In this document: in pieces, positions 29,987 to 39,544 of the stretch
How positions within the stretch are numbered: the first letter of the stretch is position 1
How the letters are laid out: each line of letters opens with the position of its first letter
NCBI GenBank assembly: GCA_947087745.1
Contig: CAMUDX010000005.1
Coordinates: forward strand, 854-64,853
DNA: 64,000 bases
From: an uncultured Clostridium sp.
GTDB lineage: Bacteria > Bacillota > Clostridia > TANB77 > CAG-508
Direction of reading: 5' to 3'
Program-made: the position numbers and the translations under genes
The notes under the pieces: model-generated
Told to the model about the DNA's origin: nothing
The model's database searches: none
What the model saw: the letters and a program-made list of their open reading frames with translations, nothing else

Positions 29987-31759
29987 TTAATTCTCAGTAA
30001 TATTAATTGTGTTTATAAATCCTGTTGTTTCGTCATAATTTAATACTACTTTATATGTTTTTCCTATGTCTGCTTCCTTTTCTGGCATTTGTTTTTCTGT
30101 TGTTTTTAGTTCTATATTTCCTGTTATTTCTACTTTTTTGTCTTGTTCTTTTTGTTCTTTATTGTTATCTAATACTATTCTTATCAATGTATTTACAGCA
30201 GATCCTGTTATATCATCTCCTTCATATTTTTTGAATTTTGAATTAAATGAATTTATTTCTGCATCCTTTAGTGAATCTAATACATTGTTTTGTTTTTCTT
30301 GTGATTCTTGTGGTATTTGTGGGACATCTATAGTAGCTGGAAATTTTATAAGCATTTTTCTTATATTTGTTAATGTTTCTATGTATTTCTTTGTTGCTGA
30401 ATTTGCAACTGTTTGTATTATTTGTTTGCATCTTTCTGGTGTTAAATTGTTTAATGTTATATTATTTGTATTTTCTGCTAGTATTATCATATCTTCAATA
30501 CTTTCTACAAATTGTATATTACTTGTTATTAATGCCTTTGTAGCTATTTCATTCATAATATATTTTATACCGAATTCTAATTGTATATTTTCTTCATTAT
30601 TTGTTGCTCTTATTTCAACTATTAAGTTTTGCTCTTGCTCTGCTATATTTTTTAGTTCTATTGCTAAATTATAATATTCTGTTTTGTATTTTGTTAAGTT
30701 TATTTCCATAGCACTTTCAATTTGATTTTCTAATGAAACTAATTTTATATTTGCTCCTAACATTTCATCATTTTCTATTGTATCTATTGTTATTGTGTAA
30801 AATCCTTCTTCTACTTTTACTCTTACTGTTTTTCCTTCTTGTTCATATACATTAACTACTAAATTGTCTTTATATTCTGTAGTCTCAAGTTCTTGTAACA
30901 TTTCATCGATATTGCTTATGTACATTTGTTTTAACGAATTTTGATTATCACCTGCATTTATTATATCAATTGCTTCTATTTTGCTTAAGATTATCGTGTC
31001 ATTTCTTAATTGTTCCATAACCTTTTTCAATATATTTTTATATTGGTCAGGTTTTATTGTTAATACATATGAATTAACTGTAACTGTTTTTCCGTTTATT
31101 GTTATCATTACATCAGTTTGTTTTGAGAAGTTAGAATTTGTTAAATTTGCATTTATTATATCTGTGTAAGTTTGTTTTAATGTTTTTAGTTCTTCGTTTG
31201 TTATTGTCATAGAGCTTTCTGAATCTTTATATTTTAATAATTCTAATATTGATTCTAATTCTCCTACTTCCATATCTAAACTTGTTGATAGTTGTTCTAA
31301 GTTTGTACTATCTATTGTTAAAAATTGTTTTACTATATCTGTTAGTCTTAATGAAATTGCTTCTTCTGTTGAAATATATTCAAATTCTGCCAGGTTTTCT
31401 TCTTCATTAAGTATTTTTATATCATTATACATCTTTTTGTTTGTTACATCATTTTTTATACTCATTGATAACGATATTTTGTTTAATTCTTCATTTTCTT
31501 CGTTCTCAAATGTTACTACAGTTTTTGATTCGTTATTTTTCTCTTTTATTTTTTTTGTCATGTCTGAAACTTTTTCTGTGTCAAATATATTTTCTATCTG
31601 TGTTGTTGTTTGTTCCATGTATTTTGCAAATAACTCTCTGTTTGATTTGAATATATCTGTTTTTAGATATAAATATGCTCCTACTCCTCCTAATGTTAGA
31701 ATTAAGATTACTAATACTATTGTAACTATTAATATTACCTTACTTTTGTTACTTCTCAT
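29987..31759 (-). CDS. Hypothetical N-terminally anchored 590-aa protein
   Basis: Long ORF with one N-terminal TM. Its start overlaps the rlmB stop (TAATG). No family recognised. Confidence 0.6.
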   Translation of the reverse strand: MRSNKSKVILIVTIVLVILILTLGGVGAYLYLKTDIFKSNRELFAKYMEQTTTQIENIFDTEKVSDMTKKIKEKNNESKTVVTFENEENEELNKISLSMSIKNDVTNKKMYNDIKILNEEENLAEFEYISTEEAISLRLTDIVKQFLTIDSTNLEQLSTSLDMEVGELESILELLKYKDSESSMTITNEELKTLKQTYTDIINANLTNSNFSKQTDVMITINGKTVTVNSYVLTIKPDQYKNILKKVMEQLRNDTIILSKIEAIDIINAGDNQNSLKQMYISNIDEMLQELETTEYKDNLVVNVYEQEGKTVRVKVEEGFYTITIDTIENDEMLGANIKLVSLENQIESAMEINLTKYKTEYYNLAIELKNIAEQEQNLIVEIRATNNEENIQLEFGIKYIMNEIATKALITSNIQFVESIEDMIILAENTNNITLNNLTPERCKQIIQTVANSATKKYIETLTNIRKMLIKFPATIDVPQIPQESQEKQNNVLDSLKDAEINSFNSKFKKYEGDDITGSAVNTLIRIVLDNNKEQKEQDKKVEITGNIELKTTEKQMPEKEADIGKTYKVVLNYDETTGFINTINITEN

Positions 31760-32655
31760 TATTTTACCTCCAACTTTCTTTGTTTTACTACCTCATAAAC
31801 TACAATTCCTGTAGATACAGCAGCATTTAGTGATTCTATCTTTCCCTTCATAGGAATTTTTACTAGAAAATCACAATTTTTCTTTACCTTTTCACTAATT
31901 CCTTTTCCTTCATTTCCAATTACAATACCAATTGGTCCTCTTAAATCTTGGTTATAATAGAATTTGTTTGTTTCTATATCAGTTCCGCATATCCATAATC
32001 CTTCTCTTTTTAATTCTTCTATTGTGTCTGATATATTGGTAACTCTTGCTATTTTCATATGCTCTACTGCTCCTGCTGATGCTTTGTTTACTGTACTATT
32101 TACTGTTGCGGCTCTTCTCTTTGGTATTATTACTCCATGTACTCCTGCTGTCTCTGCTGTTCTTATTATTGATCCTAAATTATGTGGGTCTTCTATTCCA
32201 TCTAAGATTATTATAAATGGGTCCTCATTTTGTTCTTTCGCCTTTTTTAGTATGTTCTCTACCTCACAATATTCATATGGCGGTACTATTGCTATTACTC
32301 CTTGACAATTCTCTGTTTGTGACATTTCTTCTAATTGTCTTCTGTCTTTCTCTACAACTACTATTTTTTGTTCTTTGGCTATTGCTATTATTTTGTTTAT
32401 TGAGCCATGTTTTTCACCTTTTGCTACAAAAATTTTGTTAATGTCTTTGTTACTTTCTAGTAACTCTAATACTGAATTTCTTCCTTCTACTTGGTCTTCG
32501 AATTTTTGGTCATCATTTTCTTTTGATTTTCTATTTTCTTTTGAAATAGCTTTTACTTTCTCTTGCCTATATCCGCTTTTTTTATATTGTTGCTTGTCTC
32601 TTCCTTTTTCAGTATCTCTTCTTGCCATATTACTTTTTTTCTTTCTTGTGTTCAT
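31759..32655 (-). CDS. rlmB: 23S rRNA 2'-O-methyltransferase RlmB (SpoU/TrmH family) with a Lys-rich N-terminal extension
   Basis: EGRNSVLELL...DGIEDPHNLGSIIRTAETAGVHGVIIP...IPMKGKIESLNAAVS. Confidence 0.85.
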   Translation of the reverse strand: MNTRKKKSNMARRDTEKGRDKQQYKKSGYRQEKVKAISKENRKSKENDDQKFEDQVEGRNSVLELLESNKDINKIFVAKGEKHGSINKIIAIAKEQKIVVVEKDRRQLEEMSQTENCQGVIAIVPPYEYCEVENILKKAKEQNEDPFIIILDGIEDPHNLGSIIRTAETAGVHGVIIPKRRAATVNSTVNKASAGAVEHMKIARVTNISDTIEELKREGLWICGTDIETNKFYYNQDLRGPIGIVIGNEGKGISEKVKKNCDFLVKIPMKGKIESLNAAVSTGIVVYEVVKQRKLEVK

Positions 32656-32761
32656 TTTTTTCCCTTTCTTTTATTATTAAACATGAAATTTATTGTATTT
32701 CATTATTTAATAAGGTGCATTTTTTATACCTCCTTTTTGTTATATAACAAAATTAGGCTCG

Positions 32762-34573
32762 TTATTTGTCATCTAGTTTTAATACTGCTAGAAAAGCTTC
32801 TTGTGGCATTTCTACATTTCCTATTTGTCTCATCTTCTTTTTTCCTCTTTTTTGCTTTTCTAATAGCTTTTTCTTTCTGGTAATATCTCCACCATAACAT
32901 TTTGCTAATACATCTTTTCTCATGGCTGATATTGTTTCTCTTGCTATTACTGTTCCCCCTATTACTGCTTGTAATGGTATTATAAATAAATGTCTTGGTA
33001 TTACTGTTTTTAATTTTTCTACCATTTTTCTTCCTCTATCATATGCTGTGTCTTTATGTACTATAAAACTTAATGCATCTACTTTTTCTCCATTTACATG
33101 TATGTCTAATTTGACTAGTTTAGATTGTCTATATTCTTTAAATTCATAGTCAAATGATGCATATCCTTTTGTTTTTGATTTTAAATTGTCAAAAAAGTCA
33201 TATATTATTTCATTTAGTGGCATTTCGTAAATTAATGTTACTCTATTTTCATCTAGGTATTTCATGTCTATATATATTCCTCTTCTGTTTTGACATATTT
33301 CCATTATGTTTCCTACATATTCTTTTGGTGTTAACATCTGTGCTGTTACTATTGGCTCTTCTATATATGATATTTCTTGTTCTGGTGGTAATTCTGTTGG
33401 ATTATATATTTCTATTATTTCTCCTGTTGTTTTATGTACTTTGTATATTACTGATGGCGAAGTTGTTATTAGTCCTAGGTCAAATTCTCTTGCTAATCTT
33501 TCTTCTATTATTTCTAAGTGTAATAATCCTAAAAATCCACATCTGAATCCAAATCCTAATGCTGCAGATGTTTCTACTTCATATTCTAATGCTGCATCGT
33601 TTAATTTTAATTTTTCTAATGCTTCTTTTAAGTCTTCGTACTCACTTCCATCTATTGGATATAGTCCACAATATACCATTGGTGTTACTTTTTTATATCC
33701 TTTTAATGGCTCTTCTGCAGGATTATTATTTTGTGTTATTGTATCTCCTACATGTATGTCCGATATTACTTTGATACTTGCTGCTATATATCCTACTTCT
33801 CCTGCTTTTAATTCTTCTGCTTCTATATATTCTCCTGGCTCAAAATACCCTACTTCTACTACTGTGAATATTTTGTTTGTTGCCATTAGTCTTATTTCAT
33901 CTCCTGCTTTTACTGTGCCATCAAATACTCTTACATATGCTATTGCACCTTTGTAATTATCGTAAAATGAATCAAATATTAAGCATCTAGTTTTTGCAGT
34001 TTCTTCTCCTTTTGGTGAAGGTAAACTTGTTACTATTTTTTCTAAAACTTGTTCTACATTTAATCCTGATTTTGCAGAAATACATGGTGCATCTTCTGCT
34101 GGTATTCCTATTATTTCTTCAATTTCTTTTTTTACTTCTTCTGGTCTTGCATTTGGTAAATCTATTTTGTTTATTACTGGTAATATTTCTAAGTTATTGT
34201 CTATTGCTAAATATACATTTGCTAGCGTTTGGGCTTCTACTCCTTGACTTGCATCTACTACTAGTATTGCTCCATCACATGCTGCTAAACTTCTTGATAC
34301 TTCATAGTTAAAGTCTACATGACCTGGTGTGTCTATTAGATTTAAGATGTACTCTTGTCCATCTTTTGCTTTGTATTTCATCCTTACTGATTGTGATTTT
34401 ATGGTTATTCCTCTTTCTTTTTCTATTTCCATATTATCAAGTACTTGACTTTCCATTTCCCTTTTGCTTAATACACCTGTCATTTCTATTAATCTGTCCG
34501 CTAATGTTGATTTTCCATGGTCTATATGCGCTATTATACTGAAGTTTCGTATATTTTCTTGCCTTTCGTTCAT
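32762..34573 (-). CDS. lepA: Elongation factor 4 (LepA)
   Basis: [33 protein letters not shown] and the LepA-specific C-terminal domain. Confidence 0.97.
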   Translation of the reverse strand: MNERQENIRNFSIIAHIDHGKSTLADRLIEMTGVLSKREMESQVLDNMEIEKERGITIKSQSVRMKYKAKDGQEYILNLIDTPGHVDFNYEVSRSLAACDGAILVVDASQGVEAQTLANVYLAIDNNLEILPVINKIDLPNARPEEVKKEIEEIIGIPAEDAPCISAKSGLNVEQVLEKIVTSLPSPKGEETAKTRCLIFDSFYDNYKGAIAYVRVFDGTVKAGDEIRLMATNKIFTVVEVGYFEPGEYIEAEELKAGEVGYIAASIKVISDIHVGDTITQNNNPAEEPLKGYKKVTPMVYCGLYPIDGSEYEDLKEALEKLKLNDAALEYEVETSAALGFGFRCGFLGLLHLEIIEERLAREFDLGLITTSPSVIYKVHKTTGEIIEIYNPTELPPEQEISYIEEPIVTAQMLTPKEYVGNIMEICQNRRGIYIDMKYLDENRVTLIYEMPLNEIIYDFFDNLKSKTKGYASFDYEFKEYRQSKLVKLDIHVNGEKVDALSFIVHKDTAYDRGRKMVEKLKTVIPRHLFIIPLQAVIGGTVIARETISAMRKDVLAKCYGGDITRKKKLLEKQKRGKKKMRQIGNVEMPQEAFLAVLKLDDK

Positions 34574-34703
34574 TTGTCCTCCATTTTTTCTAAGTTCATT
34601 ATTAGTTCCATTTTATATTTCTTCTTTTACATTGTAACATATCTGATTTTAAATCTCAATAGAATTTTTAGTTATATTTGTGTATTTTTACTGTTATTTT
34701 TTG

Positions 34704-35120
34704 TTAAATATTATCTATTCCTCCTTTTAAATTATATAAATTGTTGTATCCCTTTTGTTTCATAGTCTTACAGGCTTTTTTACTTCTGCTTCCACTTGTG
34801 CAATATACTATTATTTCTTGGTGCTTGTTGCTTATCATTCTTTCTATATTTTTTTCTATTTCGTATTCTGGTACTAATATGGCTCCTTCTAAATGTCCTT
34901 CTTGATATTCTTGTGCACTTCTTACATCTAATAGTATCGCTCCTGTTCTTACTCTTTCTTTTAATTCTATATAATCTATTTCTATGCAATCTTCTTCTCT
35001 ATTATATCTTTTTATTTTAAATCTTCTAAACACTCTTTTCACTCCTTTTTCTGCTAAAACGGACCTTTTACCTTTATTTTGGCTAATGTCCTCTCCTCTT
35101 ATTATATTCATTTTTATCAT
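34704..35120 (-). CDS. Rhodanese-domain protein
   Basis: GAILLDVRSAQEYQEGHLEGAI...VYCTSGSRS active-site loop. The true start may be the internal GTG preceded by AAAGGAG. Confidence 0.8.
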   Translation of the reverse strand: MIKMNIIRGEDISQNKGKRSVLAEKGVKRVFRRFKIKRYNREEDCIEIDYIELKERVRTGAILLDVRSAQEYQEGHLEGAILVPEYEIEKNIERMISNKHQEIIVYCTSGSRSKKACKTMKQKGYNNLYNLKGGIDNI

Positions 35121-35188
35121 TATGGTTCGTTTTTATGTACTCTTTGTCATTTTATGTTTCCTCAATTTTATTTTTTAGAAACATTTTT

Positions 35189-35232
35189 TTATCCACATTT
35201 CTTGTGGATAATGTGGATAACTTTGTGAATAA
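35189..35232. promoter_or_regulatory. DnaA-box cluster
   Basis: TTATCCACA (35189-35197), TGTGGATAA (35203-35211), TGTGGATAA (35212-35220), TGTGAATAA (35224-35232, one mismatch). A weaker TTGTTCACA lies at 35260. Confidence 0.75.
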
Positions 35233-35632
35233 CTATTATTACTGACCTTTTTTATTTTTTTGTTCACAGCCTTATTGTTGATAATTTGGTTTACATTTTT
35301 TATATTTTTATTTCATCAAATTATGTGCACTTGTTTTTTTGTTTTTTTATGTTTCGTGTGTCTTGTATCTGTTGCAAATTCTGAATTCTACCTATTTGTT
35401 TTCTTGCACGCAAAAAAGTATAACAATTAATTACTAATAATAATTAACTATTATACTTTTATAAAACTGGAGACTAATTATTTCTAATTAATCTCCTTTA
35501 ATAGCATCATATGATTACTTTATAATCTTATAATACTATATTAAAAAATTACATTATATATATCATATCTTTTGCCTTACATATGTAAATTATATAAATA
35601 CACTTTCTTATACTATTATTCAATATGCGTTA

Positions 35633-36094
35633 TTATTCTTTTATATTATTCATATATTTGTCTTCTTTTTTATATAACACTGCATAAGCAACTAAAAATA
35701 TTGTTCCAATCCATAGTATATAGAATCCTATACTGTAATGTTTAAACGATTCAACACCTAAATTTATTGTTGTTATAAAAACAAAAATAGCAATAAGAAT
35801 TGTTGGAACAAGTGAAAATTTAGGATTATCTAAATTTTTAACACTTCTTCCTATTCCTGTATCAAATAAAAATGGTACATATTTTTCTACTACATCTTTA
35901 AATATAAATAATAAATTAGCAATAGCTAAAATCATTACAACCTTTCCTTCCCAGTATCCCCACAATGATATTGAGTATTTGTATCCTAAAATGTTATATG
36001 ATAAATATGGCATCATTGTGCCTAATATTAATCCTGCTACTCCAATTATAGCTAAAATTTTTGTTGTTTTACATTTTTCAATAATATTTTTCAT
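35633..36094 (-). CDS. Polytopic membrane protein (YdjH-position)
   Basis: Four or five hydrophobic segments; AGGGAG RBS; last gene of the SPFH/zinc-ribbon operon. Confidence 0.6.
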   Translation of the reverse strand: MKNIIEKCKTTKILAIIGVAGLILGTMMPYLSYNILGYKYSISLWGYWEGKVVMILAIANLLFIFKDVVEKYVPFLFDTGIGRSVKNLDNPKFSLVPTILIAIFVFITTINLGVESFKHYSIGFYILWIGTIFLVAYAVLYKKEDKYMNNIKE

Positions 36095-36138
36095 TTTTTC
36101 TCCCTTTCATTACTTTTTATTTACTTTGCCTATTCTTG

Positions 36139-37518
36139 TTAGCCTCGTACTCTTTTATTATTTGCACCTGACATAGTTGAATTTGATAAGCCTTTTTGAT
36201 GTTTTATTAGATTATCAGTTTTTCTTAAATTAAAAATACTTCTTTTTGTTTCTACTTCATGCTTATGTCTTGCATTTGAATTTCTATATCTAAAATATAT
36301 CGTAAAGAAATATACAAATCCTAAAATTAAAAATAGTTTTCTGTACTTAAAATCAGATGCAAGTAGCATTAGTATAAATCCTAATAACTCTACTATTGCA
36401 GATATTCCTAGAAGTTTTGGAAAATATATAGGTACACTTCCCATCGTTTTCTTTGTTCTGCCATTAACTGCTACATAATGTAATACTGATTGATTATCTT
36501 TAATTTGTTGATAGCTATATAACCATACTGGCAAATATGCTGACTTCCACTGTTTCCCTTTTACAGTAAGTTCTTCTTTATCCCATCTAACACCACGGTC
36601 ATAATTCTTTAAACTCTCATTTGCTGCAAATCTAGATATATCTTTAGATTGTCTATCAACCAATGGTCTTAATTCATCTATATTTGTATCACGTCTCTCT
36701 GAAGTATATCCTTTTAAATAATTTGCATTCCATTTTACATTACTTTCTATATCAAATGGCATAATTGCATTTATTACATTATTTGTTTTGTCTGATGCTT
36801 TTTTATTTAATTTATCAGAACTTGATTCTACTGTTAAACCACCAATTGTTAAATCAAATTCACGTTCAATATCATATAAATCTGCATCATAATAAGTTCT
36901 CTTATTGTTTTCACTTCCACTAGTATATCTTCTTACTTCATGTTCGCCTTGTCCTCTATAATATGCATGTGAATTAATATCAACCACCATATAAGGTAAG
37001 TAAACTCCCATTATATTTTCTGTTGTAAATTCTTCTCTAAATTTTGGGTGTGCAAAGAATTTTCTTCTTCCTACAAATTCTTCTATCTGTTTTTTAGCAT
37101 CTTCTTTAGTTATATTAAATGGTAATACAACATCTGGAATTGCACCATTTGGTATTTGCTGATTTATTGATAATGTATTTCTACACCAATGGCATCTTGC
37201 TTGTGTTGCTTCAGTAGTATCTATAACTACTTCTGCACCACAACTACTACACTTTAAGGTCATGATATTTTTACTATTTTCTTGGATATCTTGTGTTCCT
37301 GAGCCCATTATTTCGCCTTCTAATTTTGTTATATCTTCTTCTAAACCTTCTACCTTTTCTGGTTTAAATTCATGTCTGCAAAAATTACATCTTAGAAGTC
37401 CCTTTTTAGCATTCAAGGATATATCCGTTGCTCCACATTTTGGGCATTTGTTTTGCCCGTCTTTTGCTTCTAAATCAGTTTTTATAATTTTAGGTTCATT
37501 AGTGGAATTACTTTCCAT
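36139..37518 (-). CDS. Zinc-ribbon (TFIIB-type) protein with C-terminal TM segments, YdjG-like
   Basis: CPKCG...CNFC and CSSCG...CHWC ribbons. The gene is adjacent to the SPFH gene. Confidence 0.6.
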   Translation of the reverse strand: MESNSTNEPKIIKTDLEAKDGQNKCPKCGATDISLNAKKGLLRCNFCRHEFKPEKVEGLEEDITKLEGEIMGSGTQDIQENSKNIMTLKCSSCGAEVVIDTTEATQARCHWCRNTLSINQQIPNGAIPDVVLPFNITKEDAKKQIEEFVGRRKFFAHPKFREEFTTENIMGVYLPYMVVDINSHAYYRGQGEHEVRRYTSGSENNKRTYYDADLYDIEREFDLTIGGLTVESSSDKLNKKASDKTNNVINAIMPFDIESNVKWNANYLKGYTSERRDTNIDELRPLVDRQSKDISRFAANESLKNYDRGVRWDKEELTVKGKQWKSAYLPVWLYSYQQIKDNQSVLHYVAVNGRTKKTMGSVPIYFPKLLGISAIVELLGFILMLLASDFKYRKLFLILGFVYFFTIYFRYRNSNARHKHEVETKRSIFNLRKTDNLIKHQKGLSNSTMSGANNKRVRG

Positions 37519-37521
37519 AAA

Positions 37522-38682
37522 TTACACCCCCAAAAGTTTAGATTTTGCTTGGTCAAATTCTTCTTGTGATATAATTCCATCATCTAATAATTTTTTTAGT
37601 TTGGCTAATCTTTCATATGGATCTTCTTGGCTTTGAACAGGTTGCTGTTGTACTGGTTGTTGTAGTCCTCCTATTGTTCCACCTACAGCATTTACTCCCA
37701 TTCCCATAAATGCCATTCCATTTGCTCCTCCATTTTCTCCAGCTGCTTGGAAACCTCTTGCTACTGATTGTTGCATAAATGAATTTCCTCTTGCTCCTGA
37801 CAATGCATCTGCTTTTTTTACATCTCTTAATAATACTTTTGTATCTTCATCATATTCAATTGCTTGTAAAGCAACTTTAACAATTTCAAGTCCTCTATCT
37901 GTTTTCCATTGATATCCATCTTCAACTGCTTGTGATAAGCTTTTAGCAAATCCAATTTGATCTCCTTGAATTTTTGTAATACGATTTCCCTTGCTAGGAT
38001 CATTTGTATAATTTGAAAATGCTGCTGATAAACTTCCAACAACTTCATTAAATAATTGTGCTCCTGCATCATTATCCATATCTGCAAAATCAAATATTGG
38101 TGCATTGACTTGTAAATACTCACTTGGAACAAAATTCTTTATAAATAATAATGGATCAACTATTTGTAATGTATAAGTACCTCTTGTTACTGCCCCTACT
38201 TGTGCATTTAAATACGCATCATCCCAATAAATTTCTGATTGAGTTCCAAATCTGTTATTTGGTATTTCTTTTAAATTTACATAGAATGCCAACTGTTGAG
38301 ATGCTGGTTGTCCTCCAAATTTAAATCTATCCCATGTTTGAGAAAGAGTTGAAGATAATCTTCCTCCTTCTGAAAACATTGATTGAGAATTTGGGTCATC
38401 TGATGTGAATATAAAACCTCCTGGTTCTGTAATTAATCCTGTAATTGCTCCATCTTGTAATGTAATTAATGCTGTTCCTTCTGGTACTATTATTTTACTA
38501 CCATTTGTTATAATATTTTCTGATCTTTTTGTATTTGTTCCTCTTCCTGCATTAGTTTCTTGTTGTACTGCTCTAAATATTGCAGCTGTTCCTGGAACAT
38601 TTTGCATTGGAATATAAAAATCCTTCCATGAATCTGCAAGTGCTCCTCCTAAAGCTCCTGTAAAAGCTTTAATAAATCCCAT
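37522..38682 (-). CDS. SPFH/virion-core-like protein (YdjI-like) with a C-terminal SHOCT domain
   Basis: MGFIKAFTGALGGALADSWKDF... matches my recollection of YdjI-type SPFH proteins. The C-terminus LAKLKKLLDDGIISQEEFDQAKSKLLG is SHOCT-like. Confidence 0.8.
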   Translation of the reverse strand: MGFIKAFTGALGGALADSWKDFYIPMQNVPGTAAIFRAVQQETNAGRGTNTKRSENIITNGSKIIVPEGTALITLQDGAITGLITEPGGFIFTSDDPNSQSMFSEGGRLSSTLSQTWDRFKFGGQPASQQLAFYVNLKEIPNNRFGTQSEIYWDDAYLNAQVGAVTRGTYTLQIVDPLLFIKNFVPSEYLQVNAPIFDFADMDNDAGAQLFNEVVGSLSAAFSNYTNDPSKGNRITKIQGDQIGFAKSLSQAVEDGYQWKTDRGLEIVKVALQAIEYDEDTKVLLRDVKKADALSGARGNSFMQQSVARGFQAAGENGGANGMAFMGMGVNAVGGTIGGLQQPVQQQPVQSQEDPYERLAKLKKLLDDGIISQEEFDQAKSKLLGV

Positions 38683-38825
38683 AATATACCTCCTCTTATT
38701 TATAGTAATTAATTATACAATTTAGTTGTATTATATTATTTATGTTGAAGTTTGTAAATAGTTTTCTCACAAAACTTCGTAAATTTAGTCAGTTTTTTAC
38801 ATTTTTTGTATGTTTAAAAATTCAT

Positions 38826-38874
38826 GAAAAAACCATCATAATTACCTTGATATTGCTTGTAATCATGATGGTTT
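38826..38874 (-). terminator. Rho-independent terminator
   Basis: 16-bp stem (one mismatch) AAACCATCATAATTAC/GTAATCATGATGGTTT, followed on the minus strand by T6. Confidence 0.75.
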
Positions 38875-38880
38875 CTTTGG

Positions 38881-39099
38881 CTACTTCTTAATAGCAAATT
38901 GGCAAATGTAGGAATCTAAGCCTTGTGAACAACTGCTGTAAGGTTCCCCTCTCTGTGCAGAAAGCGGACATCCAAATTCTGCTGATGCTTCTCCACTGGC
39001 AATCAATGAGCATTCCTTATCAGAAGGATATTCAAAATAATTAGGATTTCCTTCTGTGGGTCTGTGAACTCCTACAAAGTTAGAACTTTCTTTAGCCAT
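38881..39099 (-). CDS. Hypothetical 72-aa protein with four Cys, in a GC-rich island
   Basis: AAGGAGG lies 9 nt upstream of the ATG, and a strong terminator follows directly. No family recognised. Confidence 0.6.
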   Translation of the reverse strand: MAKESSNFVGVHRPTEGNPNYFEYPSDKECSLIASGEASAEFGCPLSAQRGEPYSSCSQGLDSYICQFAIKK

Positions 39100-39162
39100 A
39101 ATGTAATGCCTCCTTGTGGTATGGTAATTATATTATACATCAAATCTACATAAAAATCAATT

Positions 39163-39447
39163 TTATATGACAAATTTAAAATATAAAAATATCGCAATTT
39201 CAAGTATTAATATAGCAGGCATACCTAAAGTAAAAGCTAACTTTTGAGTTTTATGTCTAAAAGTATACATGCCAGCAATAGTACCAATACCTCCGCCTAA
39301 TAAGCAAATTCCAAAAAGAGTTTTCTCTTGTGTTCTCCATTTACCTTTCTTAGCTTTTCTCTTATCTAAATACATTGCTAAAAACCCTATTAAGTTTATT
39401 ATTATTAAGTATATTATTATATTCTGTACTGTAAAAATCTTATCCAT
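39163..39447 (-). CDS. DUF1294 membrane protein
   Basis: DKRKAKKGKWRTQEKTL...GGGIGTIAGMYTFRHKT motif. Confidence 0.8.
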   Translation of the reverse strand: MDKIFTVQNIIIYLIIINLIGFLAMYLDKRKAKKGKWRTQEKTLFGICLLGGGIGTIAGMYTFRHKTQKLAFTLGMPAILILEIAIFLYFKFVI

Positions 39448-39544
39448 TATTATTTCCTCTCCTACTCAATATTTTAAAGCCCAAAGTTTTATCTTCAAGC
39501 TTTTTTAATATTCGCAAAAATTTAAGATTTTCTTAATGTAATGG

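Noticed and set aside
30066-30674. Many long plus-strand ORFs lie opposite well-supported minus-strand genes, for example 30066-30674, 33306-33956, 45854-46315, 46385-46945, 53066-53635 and 58510-58911.
   Set aside because: They are Leu/Phe/Ser/Ile-rich low-complexity translations, typical of the antisense frame of AT-rich genes. They lack RBSs and fully overlap genes with clear family motifs.
35121-35632. The DnaA-box cluster plus AT-rich gap might be the chromosomal origin (oriC).
   Set aside because: No dnaA or dnaN is nearby, and genes on both sides stay on the minus strand for tens of kb, so there is no orientation switch. I treat it as an extra-origin DnaA-box cluster.
38881-39099. This GC-rich block might be a structured RNA gene (tRNA or sRNA).
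   Set aside because: It holds an uninterrupted 72-codon ORF with AAGGAGG at ideal spacing, followed directly by a terminator. I could not trace a cloverleaf or other known RNA motif.
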